From an uncultured archaeon (lineage in GTDB: Archaea > Iainarchaeota > Iainarchaeia > Iainarchaeales > Iainarchaeaceae): a DNA stretch of 32,000 bases. The stretch covers positions 87,671 to 119,670 of the forward strand of contig CAZNZM010000004.1 in assembly GCA_964577555.1 (NCBI GenBank). The letters are read 5' to 3'. This document shows, piece by piece, positions 9,124 through 17,755 of the stretch (position 1 is the first letter of the stretch; the number at the start of each line of letters is the position of its first letter). The position numbers and the translations under genes are program-made. The notes under the pieces are model-generated. The model saw only the letters and a program-made list of their open reading frames with translations, was not told the origin of the DNA and ran no database searches.

Positions 9124-10782
9124 ATGAAAAAAAACATAATTGCACTAATCATGCTAATAAACATAGCAACAATAACACAATCAAACGAAATAATTCCAAA
9201 CACTATAAAATCTGCAGACTTTACAATTCATACAGAAACAAAAGGAAACTTCTACGGAAAAATAACAAACGGAGACACCCTAGAAATAAAAATACTACAA
9301 CCACAAAATAACGAAACACAAAAAATAATAGAAGAAGAAAGCTACTTAGAAATAGGAAATGACAAAATACTGCCAACAAAAACAAATGAAAAAGAACTCC
9401 AATACCTAACATTCAAAATAAGCAACTTATTAAAATACGCAAAAACACCTGAATTCAAAATAAAAAACACTGTAAGAGTGAAAAAAACAACTGACATAAA
9501 AATAGGAAAAGATTACAACCTGACAAAAACAATAAACAAATACGAAGAATACAAAAAGCCAAGCGAATATGTTGAATCAAACGATCCAACACTGCAAAGC
9601 AAAGCAACACTTGAATTTACTTCAGACTCATGGATAGAAAATGCAATACAAATATCGGAATGGATTAACTCAAACATAAAATACGACTTTGAAAATTATT
9701 ACAACGAAACATACAGCGCAAAACAAACCTACAACAACAAAGCAGGAGTATGCGACGAATTCGCAAACCTAACAATAGCATTCGGCAGAATAAAAGGAAT
9801 ACCTGCAAAATATGTCGCAGGAATAAGCTTTGACGGCCAAAGATTCGCAAACCACGGTTGGGCAGAATTTTACAACCCTGAAACCGGCTGGATTCCAATA
9901 GATACAACTTTTGCAGAAACAGGATACGTAGATGCGGCACACATAGAATACTCAAAATCGAAAGATGCGAATAAAAACCCAGACATGATAATAATAACAA
10001 ACAGCAAATACCAAATAGAAGCCTATGCAACAACATCAGAACCAGAAGTAACAATAAACTCAATAGAAAGATTCTCAAGAATGACAAAAATAACAGATGA
10101 AACCCCAGAAAAAGTATCCCCAAACGAACAATTCGAAATCAAAGCAACAATACAAAACATCTCAAACAATGACGGAATATTTCCAATAAAACTAATAATA
10201 CACCCTGATTTCAAAACAACAAACACACAAAAACTAATACACTTAAAAGCTGGAGAAACCAAAAAAATAAGTTGGAAAACAACAGCACCAAACGAAAACA
10301 CCGAAGAAACAGACTACACTTACAAAACGATAATAGCCACAATAGACGGAAACATAGAAAAAACAATAACCGTAACAGGAAAAAAAGACGAAACAAAAAA
10401 GGAAATATCAATAATAGACATAAACCCAGAAATAAAAGAAAATAAAATAAAAATCACTATAACACTGGAAAACCCAAACCAAACCCAAAAAATAAAAATA
10501 AAATTCCTAAAAGAAAACGAAACAATAGAAAAAGAATACGAACTGCCAAACCAATCATATTACAAAATTGAAGAAACTTTTGACAACACCAATACAGACA
10601 CAATAGAAATCAAAATATACTTAAAAGAAGAAAAAACATACAAAATAACAATTCCAAAACAAAAAGAAGAAACAAACCAAGAAGAACAAACAACGCTTAT
10701 AGCAAAAATAACAGCTACAATAATTATAACAATTACAACAATAATAATTACAGCACTATTAATTGCAAAATCAAGACAATAA
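9124..10782 (+). CDS. secreted/membrane-anchored transglutaminase-like domain protein
   Basis: Signal-like N-terminus. 'AGVCDEFANLTIAFGRIKGIPAKYVAG', 'NHGWAEFYNPETGWIPIDTTF' give the Cys-His-Asp triad. C-terminal TM 'KITATIIITITTIIITALLIAKSRQ'. Confidence 0.85.
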   Translation: MKKNIIALIMLINIATITQSNEIIPNTIKSADFTIHTETKGNFYGKITNGDTLEIKILQPQNNETQKIIEEESYLEIGNDKILPTKTNEKELQYLTFKISNLLKYAKTPEFKIKNTVRVKKTTDIKIGKDYNLTKTINKYEEYKKPSEYVESNDPTLQSKATLEFTSDSWIENAIQISEWINSNIKYDFENYYNETYSAKQTYNNKAGVCDEFANLTIAFGRIKGIPAKYVAGISFDGQRFANHGWAEFYNPETGWIPIDTTFAETGYVDAAHIEYSKSKDANKNPDMIIITNSKYQIEAYATTSEPEVTINSIERFSRMTKITDETPEKVSPNEQFEIKATIQNISNNDGIFPIKLIIHPDFKTTNTQKLIHLKAGETKKISWKTTAPNENTEETDYTYKTIIATIDGNIEKTITVTGKKDETKKEISIIDINPEIKENKIKITITLENPNQTQKIKIKFLKENETIEKEYELPNQSYYKIEETFDNTNTDTIEIKIYLKEEKTYKITIPKQKEETNQEEQTTLIAKITATIIITITTIIITALLIAKSRQ

Positions 10783-10836
10783 AAAAAACCAAAAATTGTT
10801 GGGTTTAAAAGAATTTGCCAAAAAAGATCTTTGCAA

Positions 10837-10908
10837 GCGACCGTAGTCTAGTGGTTATGATTCGACCTTGCCAAGGTCGGGGCCCGGGTTCAATTCCCGG
10901 CGGTCGCA
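10837..10908 (+). tRNA. tRNA-Gly (anticodon GCC)
   Basis: GCGACCG/CGGTCGC acceptor, anticodon arm CGACC-TTGCCAA-GGTCG, T arm CCGGG-TTCAATT-CCCGG. Confidence 0.95.
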
Positions 10909-11534
10909 CCTTTCAAATCAAACTCAGATTTAATTATTCTCACAACTTGCGCCTTAACACTTCCAATATCCTTTGACGCATCAATAAAAAAAATTTTTTC
11001 AAAAGGAAAAACAGACTTCAAATCCAAAAAACCACGCCTCACCTTTTCCAAAAAATCTTCCCTCTCAAAAACATCAACATGATTACGCCTGCCTATCCTC
11101 TTCAAAGCATCAGCAACAGGCAAATCCAAAATAAAAACCAAATCAGGAGAAGGTAAACCAGCATGCAAATCAAAAATTTTTTTCAAAGAAATGCCTTGCA
11201 AAGCCTGATAAACAAAAGTACTATACTTGAACCTATCAGACAAAATTATTTTGCCCTCACTCAAAGCAGGAATTATTTCCTTTTCAACATGCTCTCTCCG
11301 GTCATATACATACAATTCAAGAAACTGATTTGCATTAACAATTGGATCAACATTTGACTTAAGCAATTCCCTAACCTTCTTGCCAAAAAAACCATTAGTA
11401 GGCTCGGCAGTTACGATAATTTTTGACCTAGAAACCCCCATTTCAGTAAACCAAACCTTTATCTCACGAGCCAAAGTCCCCTTTCCAGAACCATCAATGC
11501 CGTCAAATACAATCCAAAAACCCTTCATCACCAA
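10890..11534 (-). CDS. tmk: thymidylate kinase
   Basis: 'IVFDGIDGSGKGTLAREIKVWF', 'VTAEPTNGFFG', 'LSDRFKYSTFVYQALQG'. The start may be the ATG at 11528. The 3' end overlaps tRNA-Gly(GCC) by 19 nt. Confidence 0.92.
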   Translation of the reverse strand: MVMKGFWIVFDGIDGSGKGTLAREIKVWFTEMGVSRSKIIVTAEPTNGFFGKKVRELLKSNVDPIVNANQFLELYVYDRREHVEKEIIPALSEGKIILSDRFKYSTFVYQALQGISLKKIFDLHAGLPSPDLVFILDLPVADALKRIGRRNHVDVFEREDFLEKVRRGFLDLKSVFPFEKIFFIDASKDIGSVKAQVVRIIKSEFDLKGATAGN

Positions 11535-11664
11535 AAATTAAAATGAAAAAGATTAATTAAACCCCCTTATTAAAAAAGAAAACCACAAAAAAAATCAAAT
11601 AAAAAGCCATGTTAAGACTTTTAACCATTTCCAATTCATTTTAATTTATAAAACAAAAAAAAGC

Positions 11665-11735
11665 ACCTGTGGGGTAGCGGTAGCCTTAGAGCCTTCCAAG
11701 CTCTCGGCCCGGGTTCAAATCCCGGCGGGTGCAAT
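11665..11735 (+). tRNA. tRNA-Gly (anticodon TCC)
   Basis: GCACCTG/CGGGTGC acceptor, anticodon arm AGAGC-CTTCCAA-GCTCT, T arm CCGGG-TTCAAAT-CCCGG. Confidence 0.93.
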
Positions 11736-11758
11736 AAACTTCAACTAAAAAGTAAAAG

Positions 11759-12085
11759 ATGAAAAAAATGAAACCTAAAAAAATACAAATTCTCGGACTT
11801 GAAAGAATTTACAGACTTTTTGAACTGGCTGAAAAAGAATTTGAAAAACACCCAGAAAGAAGCAAAAGATACATAGAAATAGCAAGAGAAATAGTAAAAA
11901 AAAGCAGGACAAGAATTCCAGACGAACTAAAAACAAAATTCTGCAAAAAATGCAACGCATTCCTAAAAGAAGAAAAAAACTCGCAAATACAAAAACAAAA
12001 CAACATGAAAATAATAAAATGCCTAGAATGCGGCTTCACAAGAAAAACAGGAAAAAAACCCAAAAAAACAGATTGTATAAAATAA
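11759..12085 (+). CDS. rnp4: RNase P protein component 4 (Rpp21/Rpr2 family)
   Basis: Zinc-ribbon 'CKKCNAFLK...IKCLECGFTRKTGKK', helical N-terminus 'RIYRLFELAEKEFEKHPERSKRYIEIAREI', and its usual archaeal position before S19e. Confidence 0.88.
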   Translation: MKKMKPKKIQILGLERIYRLFELAEKEFEKHPERSKRYIEIAREIVKKSRTRIPDELKTKFCKKCNAFLKEEKNSQIQKQNNMKIIKCLECGFTRKTGKKPKKTDCIK

Positions 12086-12139
12086 AAAAAAACAAAAAAA
12101 ATGAAACCAACAAACCAAAAAAAAAACAAAACTTCAAAC

Positions 12140-12530
12140 AAAAAAAATACCAAACAAAAAATATCAAAAAAATGCCTAACAAAAAAATAAAAAAAATAAA
12201 ATAGATCAAAAAAAACTACTTGCAAAAAAACAAAACCCAATTAAAAAAACAACAAAAAAAACAAATTGAAAAAAAATAAATGAGAAAAAAAATTAAGGCA
12301 CACAAAGACAAAACAAAAAATAAATACCCAAAAAAATGAAATCAAACAAAAAAAATAAAGTTGCCAAAAAAAATGGCTTGCAAAAACAAAAAGAAAAAAA
12401 AGCAATTTGAATTTTCTTAAAAACAAAAAAAACACAAAAATCGGTCGACAAAAAAATGCCAAAAAAAACGAGACAAAGAAAAAAATGACACAAAAAAAAT
12501 AATTAGAAAATGGAAAAGACAAAGCCTCTA
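12140..12530. repeat. A-rich intergenic block 2 related to the 5.2 kb and 23.1 kb blocks
   Basis: Poly-A/C tracts punctuated by 'ttgccaaaaaaaatggcttgcaaaa' and 'atcggtcgacaaaaaaatgcc'. Confidence 0.55.
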
Positions 12531-12596
12531 AAACAAGCTTTTTAAATGTTTTTTGAGAAACATTAATAACTTCTAATTTTAATTAATTGGAAGTTT

Positions 12597-12657
12597 TTTC
12601 GCTTACGCGAAATAAAACGCAATTCAGTTTTCCCCGAAAGGGGGCTCAAAAACTGAA
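12597..12657 (+). promoter_or_regulatory. structured 5' leader of rps19e (two hairpins)
   Basis: TTTCGC-TTAC-GCGAAA (12597-12612). Also TTCAGTTTT-CCCC-GAAA-GGGG-(GCTCA)-AAAACTGAA (12623-12657), immediately 5' of 'aaaggtg' and ATG 12674. Confidence 0.6.
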
Positions 12658-12673
12658 AAAAAGGTGTGAACAA

Positions 12674-13240
12674 ATGGGAATTTACGACGTGCCAGCATCA
12701 ATACTGTTGGCAGAAATAGCAAAAGACCTCAAAACAAAAATAAAACAACCAGAATTTACAAAATACATAAAAACCGGAGCCCATAAGGAAAGAGCACCAT
12801 ACAACCCAGACTGGTTTTACACAAGAATGGCAAGTATACTATACAGAGTTTATAAAGACGGACAAACAGGAACAGGAGCACTCAGAACATATTATGGCGG
12901 AAGACGAAACAAAGGCGTCAAACCGGAAAAAAAAGTAAAAGCAGGAGGAAAAGCAATAAGGCTCGGTTTACAATTGCTTGAAAAGGAAGGACTAATAAAA
13001 AAAGGCAAAAAAGGAAGAACAATCACCACAAAAGGAGAAAAATACCTCTTCCAAAAAGCAAAAGAAGCCAACAACATTTTTACTGAACAAATTAAAAAAC
13101 AAGAAGAAGCAAAAATAGAAAAAGCAAAAAGAAGAGAAGAACTAAAGACAAAAAAACAAGAAACGACAACATTACAAAACAAAACAATCAAAGAGGAAAA
13201 AAATGACGAACGAAGAAGATCTGAAGCAAAAAAAGCTTGA
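12674..13240 (+). CDS. rps19e: ribosomal protein S19e with charged C-terminal extension
   Basis: 'MGIYDVPASILLAEIAKDLK...YIKTGAHKERAPYNPDWFYTRMASILYRVY...GALRTYYGGRRNKG...KAIRLGLQLLEKEGLIKK'. Start at ATG 12674 rather than 12587. Confidence 0.95.
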   Translation: MGIYDVPASILLAEIAKDLKTKIKQPEFTKYIKTGAHKERAPYNPDWFYTRMASILYRVYKDGQTGTGALRTYYGGRRNKGVKPEKKVKAGGKAIRLGLQLLEKEGLIKKGKKGRTITTKGEKYLFQKAKEANNIFTEQIKKQEEAKIEKAKRREELKTKKQETTTLQNKTIKEEKNDERRRSEAKKA

Positions 13241-13523
13241 GGAACTAAAAGAAGCTTATCAAAAACAACAGGAGGCACAACAAAAACAATTGGAAGCTGA
13301 AATACAAGCCAATTCCATTCTAAAAAAAATAGTGGATGAAGCAGGCATTGAAAGACTCAACAATGTCAAGCTTGTGAACAAAGAGCTTTATTTCAGCACA
13401 TTTCAAACAATAATGCAAATGGTGCAAAACGGATACATAAGAAAAAAACTCAACGAAGCACAAATAAAAGAAATCCTAATGCGCCTAAAACCAGAAAAAG
13501 AAATCAAAATAAAAAGAAAGTGA
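13203..13523 (+). CDS. PDCD5-family DNA-binding protein
   Basis: 'RLNNVKLVNKELYFSTFQTIMQMVQNGYIRKKLNEAQIKEILMRL' and syntenic position after S19e. Confidence 0.85.
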   Translation: MTNEEDLKQKKLEELKEAYQKQQEAQQKQLEAEIQANSILKKIVDEAGIERLNNVKLVNKELYFSTFQTIMQMVQNGYIRKKLNEAQIKEILMRLKPEKEIKIKRK

Positions 13524-13527
13524 TAAC

Positions 13528-13815
13528 ATGGGAAGAAAAACACAAGAAGAAAAAGAATTTCTGATTTCACAAAGAAAAAAAACCGGGCCAGGTCTTACAA
13601 ACGCACCAGTCTGGATAATGCAAAAAGCAGGCAAAAGAATATACAACAAAAAAGCAAGAAAACACTGGAGAGAAACACACTTTGGACAAGAATTCAAGAA
13701 AAAACTAAAAGAACAAGGAAAAATAAAAAACACCAAAAAACCAAAAAGCGGCCACAAAAACAAAAGTGCAAAATTTAAACCAAAAAGATTCTACAACACG
13801 AGGGAATCAAAATGA
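13528..13815 (+). CDS. rpl39e: ribosomal protein L39e with extension
   Basis: 'APVWIMQKAGKRIYNKKARKHWRETHFG' corresponds to the L39e core; syntenic position. Confidence 0.82.
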   Translation: MGRKTQEEKEFLISQRKKTGPGLTNAPVWIMQKAGKRIYNKKARKHWRETHFGQEFKKKLKEQGKIKNTKKPKSGHKNKSAKFKPKRFYNTRESK

Positions 13816-14243
13816 AAGGAGAGCAAGCAAATTACAACATATCGCTAGCAAAAGCATTTCTATATCCCCCAAAAAAAAGAATAATAAAAGCAATAGGTGT
13901 TATAAAAAAATTTGCAAAAAAACACACAAGAGCAAAAACAATAAATATAGCAAACGAAGTCAATGAGTACCTGCATAAAAATTCGAAAAACTTGCCAAGA
14001 AAAGTCAATGCAATCCTATTCAAAGAAAACGACAAAATAACAATATTCATGCAAAACGGAAAAGAACTAAAAACATACCTAAAAAAAAGAGAAGAAGAAA
14101 AGAAAAAAAAAGAAGAGAAAAAAGAAGAACAAAAAAAAGAAAAAAACGAAAAAGAAGAAACAGATAAAATAAAACTTGAAGAAAAAAAGAAAAAAGAAGA
14201 AGCCGCGGAAGCCTCACAAATAAAAAGAAAAACAAACAAGTGA
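13812..14243 (+). CDS. rpl31e: ribosomal protein L31e with K/E-rich tail
   Basis: 'YNISLAKAFLYPPKKRIIKAIGVIKKFAKKHT...INIANEVNEYLHKNSKNLPRKVNAILF'; ATGA overlap with L39e. Confidence 0.88.
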   Translation: MKGEQANYNISLAKAFLYPPKKRIIKAIGVIKKFAKKHTRAKTINIANEVNEYLHKNSKNLPRKVNAILFKENDKITIFMQNGKELKTYLKKREEEKKKKEEKKEEQKKEKNEKEETDKIKLEEKKKKEEAAEASQIKRKTNK

Positions 14244-14917
14244 ACAGAATGAACTTTGCAAAGGGTACCATAAAAAACAGCCCTTACACAGGCGTCTTTG
14301 CAACAGTAACAGACGACATAGCAATAGTGCCATTCTCAATTACAGAAAAAGAAGAGAAAACAATTGAAAAAACCCTGGAAGTGGAAGTTATCAAAGCAAG
14401 CATAGGGGAAACCTCCATGATAGGAATACTGGCAAAAGGAATTGGAAAAAAAATTGTTGTTTCATCACTCGCAGAAAACAATGAAATAAAAGCACTAGAA
14501 CACAAGGGAATAGAAATAATAAAAATAGACGCAAATGGATTCACATCAACAGGAAACTTGCTCTGCATGAATCAAAAAGCAGGGATAGCAAGCCAACTAT
14601 TAGGAAAAAAAAACATTGAAAAAATATCAAAATTCTTCAAAATAAAATTCAAAACACGAACAATTGCAGGATCAGAACTAGTTGGAGCAGCCACAACAGT
14701 AACAAATAAAGGTTTTATCTGCAATCCAAATATTAAGCCAAAAGAATTCAAAGAACTTCAAAAAATATTCGGAACACAAGGAAAACCAACTACAGCCAAT
14801 TTTGGCGACTTGTTTGTAGGAAACAGCGTAATAGCAAACAGCAAAGGGGCAATAGCAGGAGAAAACACGTCGGGAATAGAAATGCTCAAAATTGATGAAG
14901 GCTTAAGAGGAGATTAA
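14240..14917 (+). CDS. eif6: translation initiation factor aIF6
   Basis: 'NSPYTGVFATVTDDIAIVP', 'IGETSMIGILAKGIGKKIVVSSL', 'TGNLLCMNQKAGIAS', 'VGAATTVTNKGFICNPNI'. Confidence 0.95.
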   Translation: MNRMNFAKGTIKNSPYTGVFATVTDDIAIVPFSITEKEEKTIEKTLEVEVIKASIGETSMIGILAKGIGKKIVVSSLAENNEIKALEHKGIEIIKIDANGFTSTGNLLCMNQKAGIASQLLGKKNIEKISKFFKIKFKTRTIAGSELVGAATTVTNKGFICNPNIKPKEFKELQKIFGTQGKPTTANFGDLFVGNSVIANSKGAIAGENTSGIEMLKIDEGLRGD

Positions 14918-15103
14918 ATGGAAGAAAAAACATACTTAGTAAATTGCGAAATAAAAACAAAAGAAAAAATTACAAAATTAAAAACAAAAGTCAAATCAAA
15001 AAATGAAAAACTGGCAAAAGAAAAAGCAATGGCAAATATAGGCTCAAGACACAAAATAAACCGACACAAAATCAAAATAACTTCAATAGAAGAGGCCAAG
15101 TGA
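14918..15103 (+). CDS. rpl18a: ribosomal protein L18a/LX (L20a) family
   Basis: Short basic ORF 'AMANIGSRHKINRHKIKITSIEEAK', between aIF6 and prefoldin alpha as in other archaea. Confidence 0.8.
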   Translation: MEEKTYLVNCEIKTKEKITKLKTKVKSKNEKLAKEKAMANIGSRHKINRHKIKITSIEEAK

Positions 15104-15558
15104 AAAAAAACATGACGGAAGAAAAAACAATAAGATTAACAGGAAACCAAATACTACAACTTCTGGCACAAGAACAAGAAAAACTTCGGCAAATAAACGC
15201 CACAATTGCTACATATCAAAACATGAAAAATGAACTAATCAACGCCAAAGAAACCCTCAAAGAAATATCAAAAGCAAAAAAAGGAACAAAAATGCTAATC
15301 ACGATAGGCGCGGGAATATTAGTCAACGCAACAATTGACGAAACAGAAAAAGCGATGTTACCAATGGTAGGAAACGTATTCAAAGAAAAAAAAATACCAG
15401 AGCTAATAAAAACACTTGAAACAAGAATAATAGAAGTAGAAAATGCAATAGAAAAAAATGGAAACGAGCAAATAAGAACAATCGAAAGAGTAAACAAATT
15501 AGAAAACATACTAAACGCAGGAAGAAAAGCACTCCAACAACAAAAAATAAACCAATAA
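15100..15558 (+). CDS. pfdA: prefoldin subunit alpha
   Basis: Coiled coil - 'MLITIGAGILVNATIDETEKAMLPMVGNVFKEKKIPELIKTLETRI' - coiled coil; syntenic position. Confidence 0.85.
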   Translation: MKKNMTEEKTIRLTGNQILQLLAQEQEKLRQINATIATYQNMKNELINAKETLKEISKAKKGTKMLITIGAGILVNATIDETEKAMLPMVGNVFKEKKIPELIKTLETRIIEVENAIEKNGNEQIRTIERVNKLENILNAGRKALQQQKINQ

Positions 15559-15584
15559 AATACTAACTACAAATAAATCATCTA

Positions 15585-16889
15585 ATGTTCGACTTCCTAA
15601 AGAAAAAAATAACAAATTTTACAGACAAACTCAAAGAAGTACTACAAACAAAAAAAGAAGAAACAACAGAACAAAAAAAACAAATTGAACCTGAAAAAGA
15701 ACAAAAAGAACCAGAACAAACAATTAAAATAGAAAAAAACGAAAAAGAAACACAAGAAACAGAACAAAAACAAACTGAAAAAAAAGAAACAACACAACAA
15801 ATTCAAAAAACGTTGAAAGAACCAGAAAAATTTGAAAACTTAAAAGAAAAAACACAAACAAACATAGAACAAAAACATGAAACAAAACAAGAATCAAAAA
15901 CACAACCAATAGAAAAAAAAACATTCACAGAAATCATAAAAGGAATTTTCACGCAAAAACAGCCAACTGAAAAAAAAACAACACAAATAATTGAAGATAA
16001 AAGAGAACTCAAAGCAAAAACAGGAATACTGCAGAAAGTCACAAGCGCAGTAACTGGCAAAATAAAAATAAACGAAAAAGACACACAAAACTTTTTTGAC
16101 GAACTAGAACTAAGCCTCTTAGAAGCAGATGTAGAACAAGAAACAGCAACAGCAATAGTAAAACAACTCAAAAACCAATTAATCGGAAAAGAAATTTCCG
16201 CAAAAGAAGACCTAACCAGCTACCTTAACAATGAAATAAGAAAAGCGCTTTCAAAAGTAATGGAAACAGAAAAAATAAACATATCACAAATTGAAAAAAA
16301 ACCATTAAAAATATTATTCGTTGGCCCAAATGGTGCAGGAAAAACAACAACAATAGCAAAAATAGCAAACTACTTCCTGAAAACAAACAAAAGCGTTATA
16401 ATGGCTGCGGGTGACACTTTCAGGGCCGCATCAATAGAACAACTAGAAACACACGCAAACAAACTTGGGGTAAAAATAGTAAAACAAAACTATGGTTCAG
16501 ACCCAGCAGCAGTAGCATTCGACGCAGTAAAAGCAGCCGAAGCAAAAAACATAGATGTAGTACTTATAGACACTGCAGGAAGACAAGAAACAAACAAAAA
16601 CCTAATTGAAGAACTAAAAAAAATAGACAGAGTAATAAAACCAGACATAAAACTTTACGTAGGAGAAGCATATACAGGACAGGCATTACTAGAACAAGCA
16701 AGCGAATTCAACAAAGCAATAGGTATAGATGGATTCATACTTACAAAAATAGACGCAGACGCAAAAGGTGGAACAGCAATTTCACTACTTTACACACTCA
16801 AAAAACCAATAGTTTTCATAGGAACCGGACAAAACTATGACGATTTAATAGAATTCAAACCAGAATTCATAATAGACAGAATAATATAA
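15585..16889 (+). CDS. ftsY: signal recognition particle receptor FtsY
   Basis: NG domain 'ILFVGPNGAGKTTTIAKIANYFL', 'AAGDTFRAASIEQLE', 'VLIDTAGRQETNKNLIEELKK', 'DGFILTKIDADAKGGTAISL'; long charged A-domain. Confidence 0.95.
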   Translation: MFDFLKKKITNFTDKLKEVLQTKKEETTEQKKQIEPEKEQKEPEQTIKIEKNEKETQETEQKQTEKKETTQQIQKTLKEPEKFENLKEKTQTNIEQKHETKQESKTQPIEKKTFTEIIKGIFTQKQPTEKKTTQIIEDKRELKAKTGILQKVTSAVTGKIKINEKDTQNFFDELELSLLEADVEQETATAIVKQLKNQLIGKEISAKEDLTSYLNNEIRKALSKVMETEKINISQIEKKPLKILFVGPNGAGKTTTIAKIANYFLKTNKSVIMAAGDTFRAASIEQLETHANKLGVKIVKQNYGSDPAAVAFDAVKAAEAKNIDVVLIDTAGRQETNKNLIEELKKIDRVIKPDIKLYVGEAYTGQALLEQASEFNKAIGIDGFILTKIDADAKGGTAISLLYTLKKPIVFIGTGQNYDDLIEFKPEFIIDRII

Positions 16890-17020
16890 AATATAAAAAA
16901 ACTAAAAGCAAAAAAATTAAAAACTGTTAAAAACAAAAATGCAACATGCAACTAAAAAAAACACTTAAAAGTATAATTTTATAAACATTTATTGGTGTTC
17001 AATCATTAGCGGGATTCAAC

Positions 17021-17305
17021 ATGAAAGTATCGGAACTTAAACCAAAATCAGCAGTGCCAGAAATAACATTAGAAATTGTTTCCAAAGGAGAACCAAGAAA
17101 ATGGTTAAATGAAAGAGGGGCAGGAACAGTATGCAACTGCGCAGCAAAAGACGATACAGGGGAAATATCCTTAAGTTTATGGAACGAACAATGCGACACA
17201 GTAAATGAAGGTGATAAAATTATAATAAAAGACGGATGGTGCAACGAATACAAAGGGCAATTACAAATATCAACTGGAAAAAAAGGAAAAATTGAAAAAA
17301 TTTGA
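17021..17305 (+). CDS. small OB-fold (RPA/SSB-like) nucleic acid-binding protein
   Basis: 'VSELKPKSAVPEITLEIVSKGEPRKW...GTVCNCAAKDDTGEISLSLWNEQCDTVNEGDKIIIKDGWCNEYKGQLQISTGKKGKI'. TTTTATAAA box near 16978. Confidence 0.85.
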   Translation: MKVSELKPKSAVPEITLEIVSKGEPRKWLNERGAGTVCNCAAKDDTGEISLSLWNEQCDTVNEGDKIIIKDGWCNEYKGQLQISTGKKGKIEKI

Positions 17306-17650
17306 AACATAAAAAAAACAAAAAAAACTGAAACAAAACTTGGCTTAAATCAATACAAAAGAAAAAACATTTTTCAATTAAAATAAAAAATTATCCAAAT
17401 AATAAGCAGGTTAAAACAACAAAAAAAATCCAAAAACCAAACAAAAAATAAAAAAAGAAAGTAAAAAAAAACTAATAAAAAGTTTTTTTAACAAAATAAG
17501 TTATAAAAAGCCAATAAATTGAAAAATAAAACATTTTAACGTTTAAAACGGTAAAAAAAAGGAATAATTAGGTTTTAATGTTTGAATCGTTTTTTTTGTT
17601 AGACTTTGAAAATCGATGCGTTTAAATATTACCTCAACAGGATATTATAA

Positions 17651-17755
17651 AGGGTTGGATTCAACTATAGCTACTTTTTCAAATGGATTTAAGCATTTGA
17701 TTAGACGGCTGGGTTGAATTTCATGATTTAATCATAAATAAGGAGGAAAATAAAG
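17651..17755 (+). promoter_or_regulatory. structured 5' leader of TRAM-domain gene
   Basis: Outer stem ATTCAAC (17659-17665) / GTTGAAT (17713-17719) encloses TCAAATG (17679-17685)-GATTTAAG-CATTTGA (17694-17700). Then ATGA-TTTAA-TCAT (17723-17735) and AAGGAGG (17740-17746). TATA-like 'tttaaatatt' at 17621. Confidence 0.6.

Noticed and set aside
12587-12673. N-terminal extension of S19e as given by the ORF track (MEVFSLTRNKTQFSFPRKGAQK...)
   Set aside because: This segment overlaps the hairpin leader, and ATG 12674 has a GGTG-type SD and matches the conserved S19e N-terminus 'YDVPA'. The extension is most likely untranslated.
12892-13278. Possible overprinted antisense gene on rps19e/PDCD5
   Set aside because: Proline/serine/phenylalanine-rich antisense translation of a conserved gene, without start context; no support.
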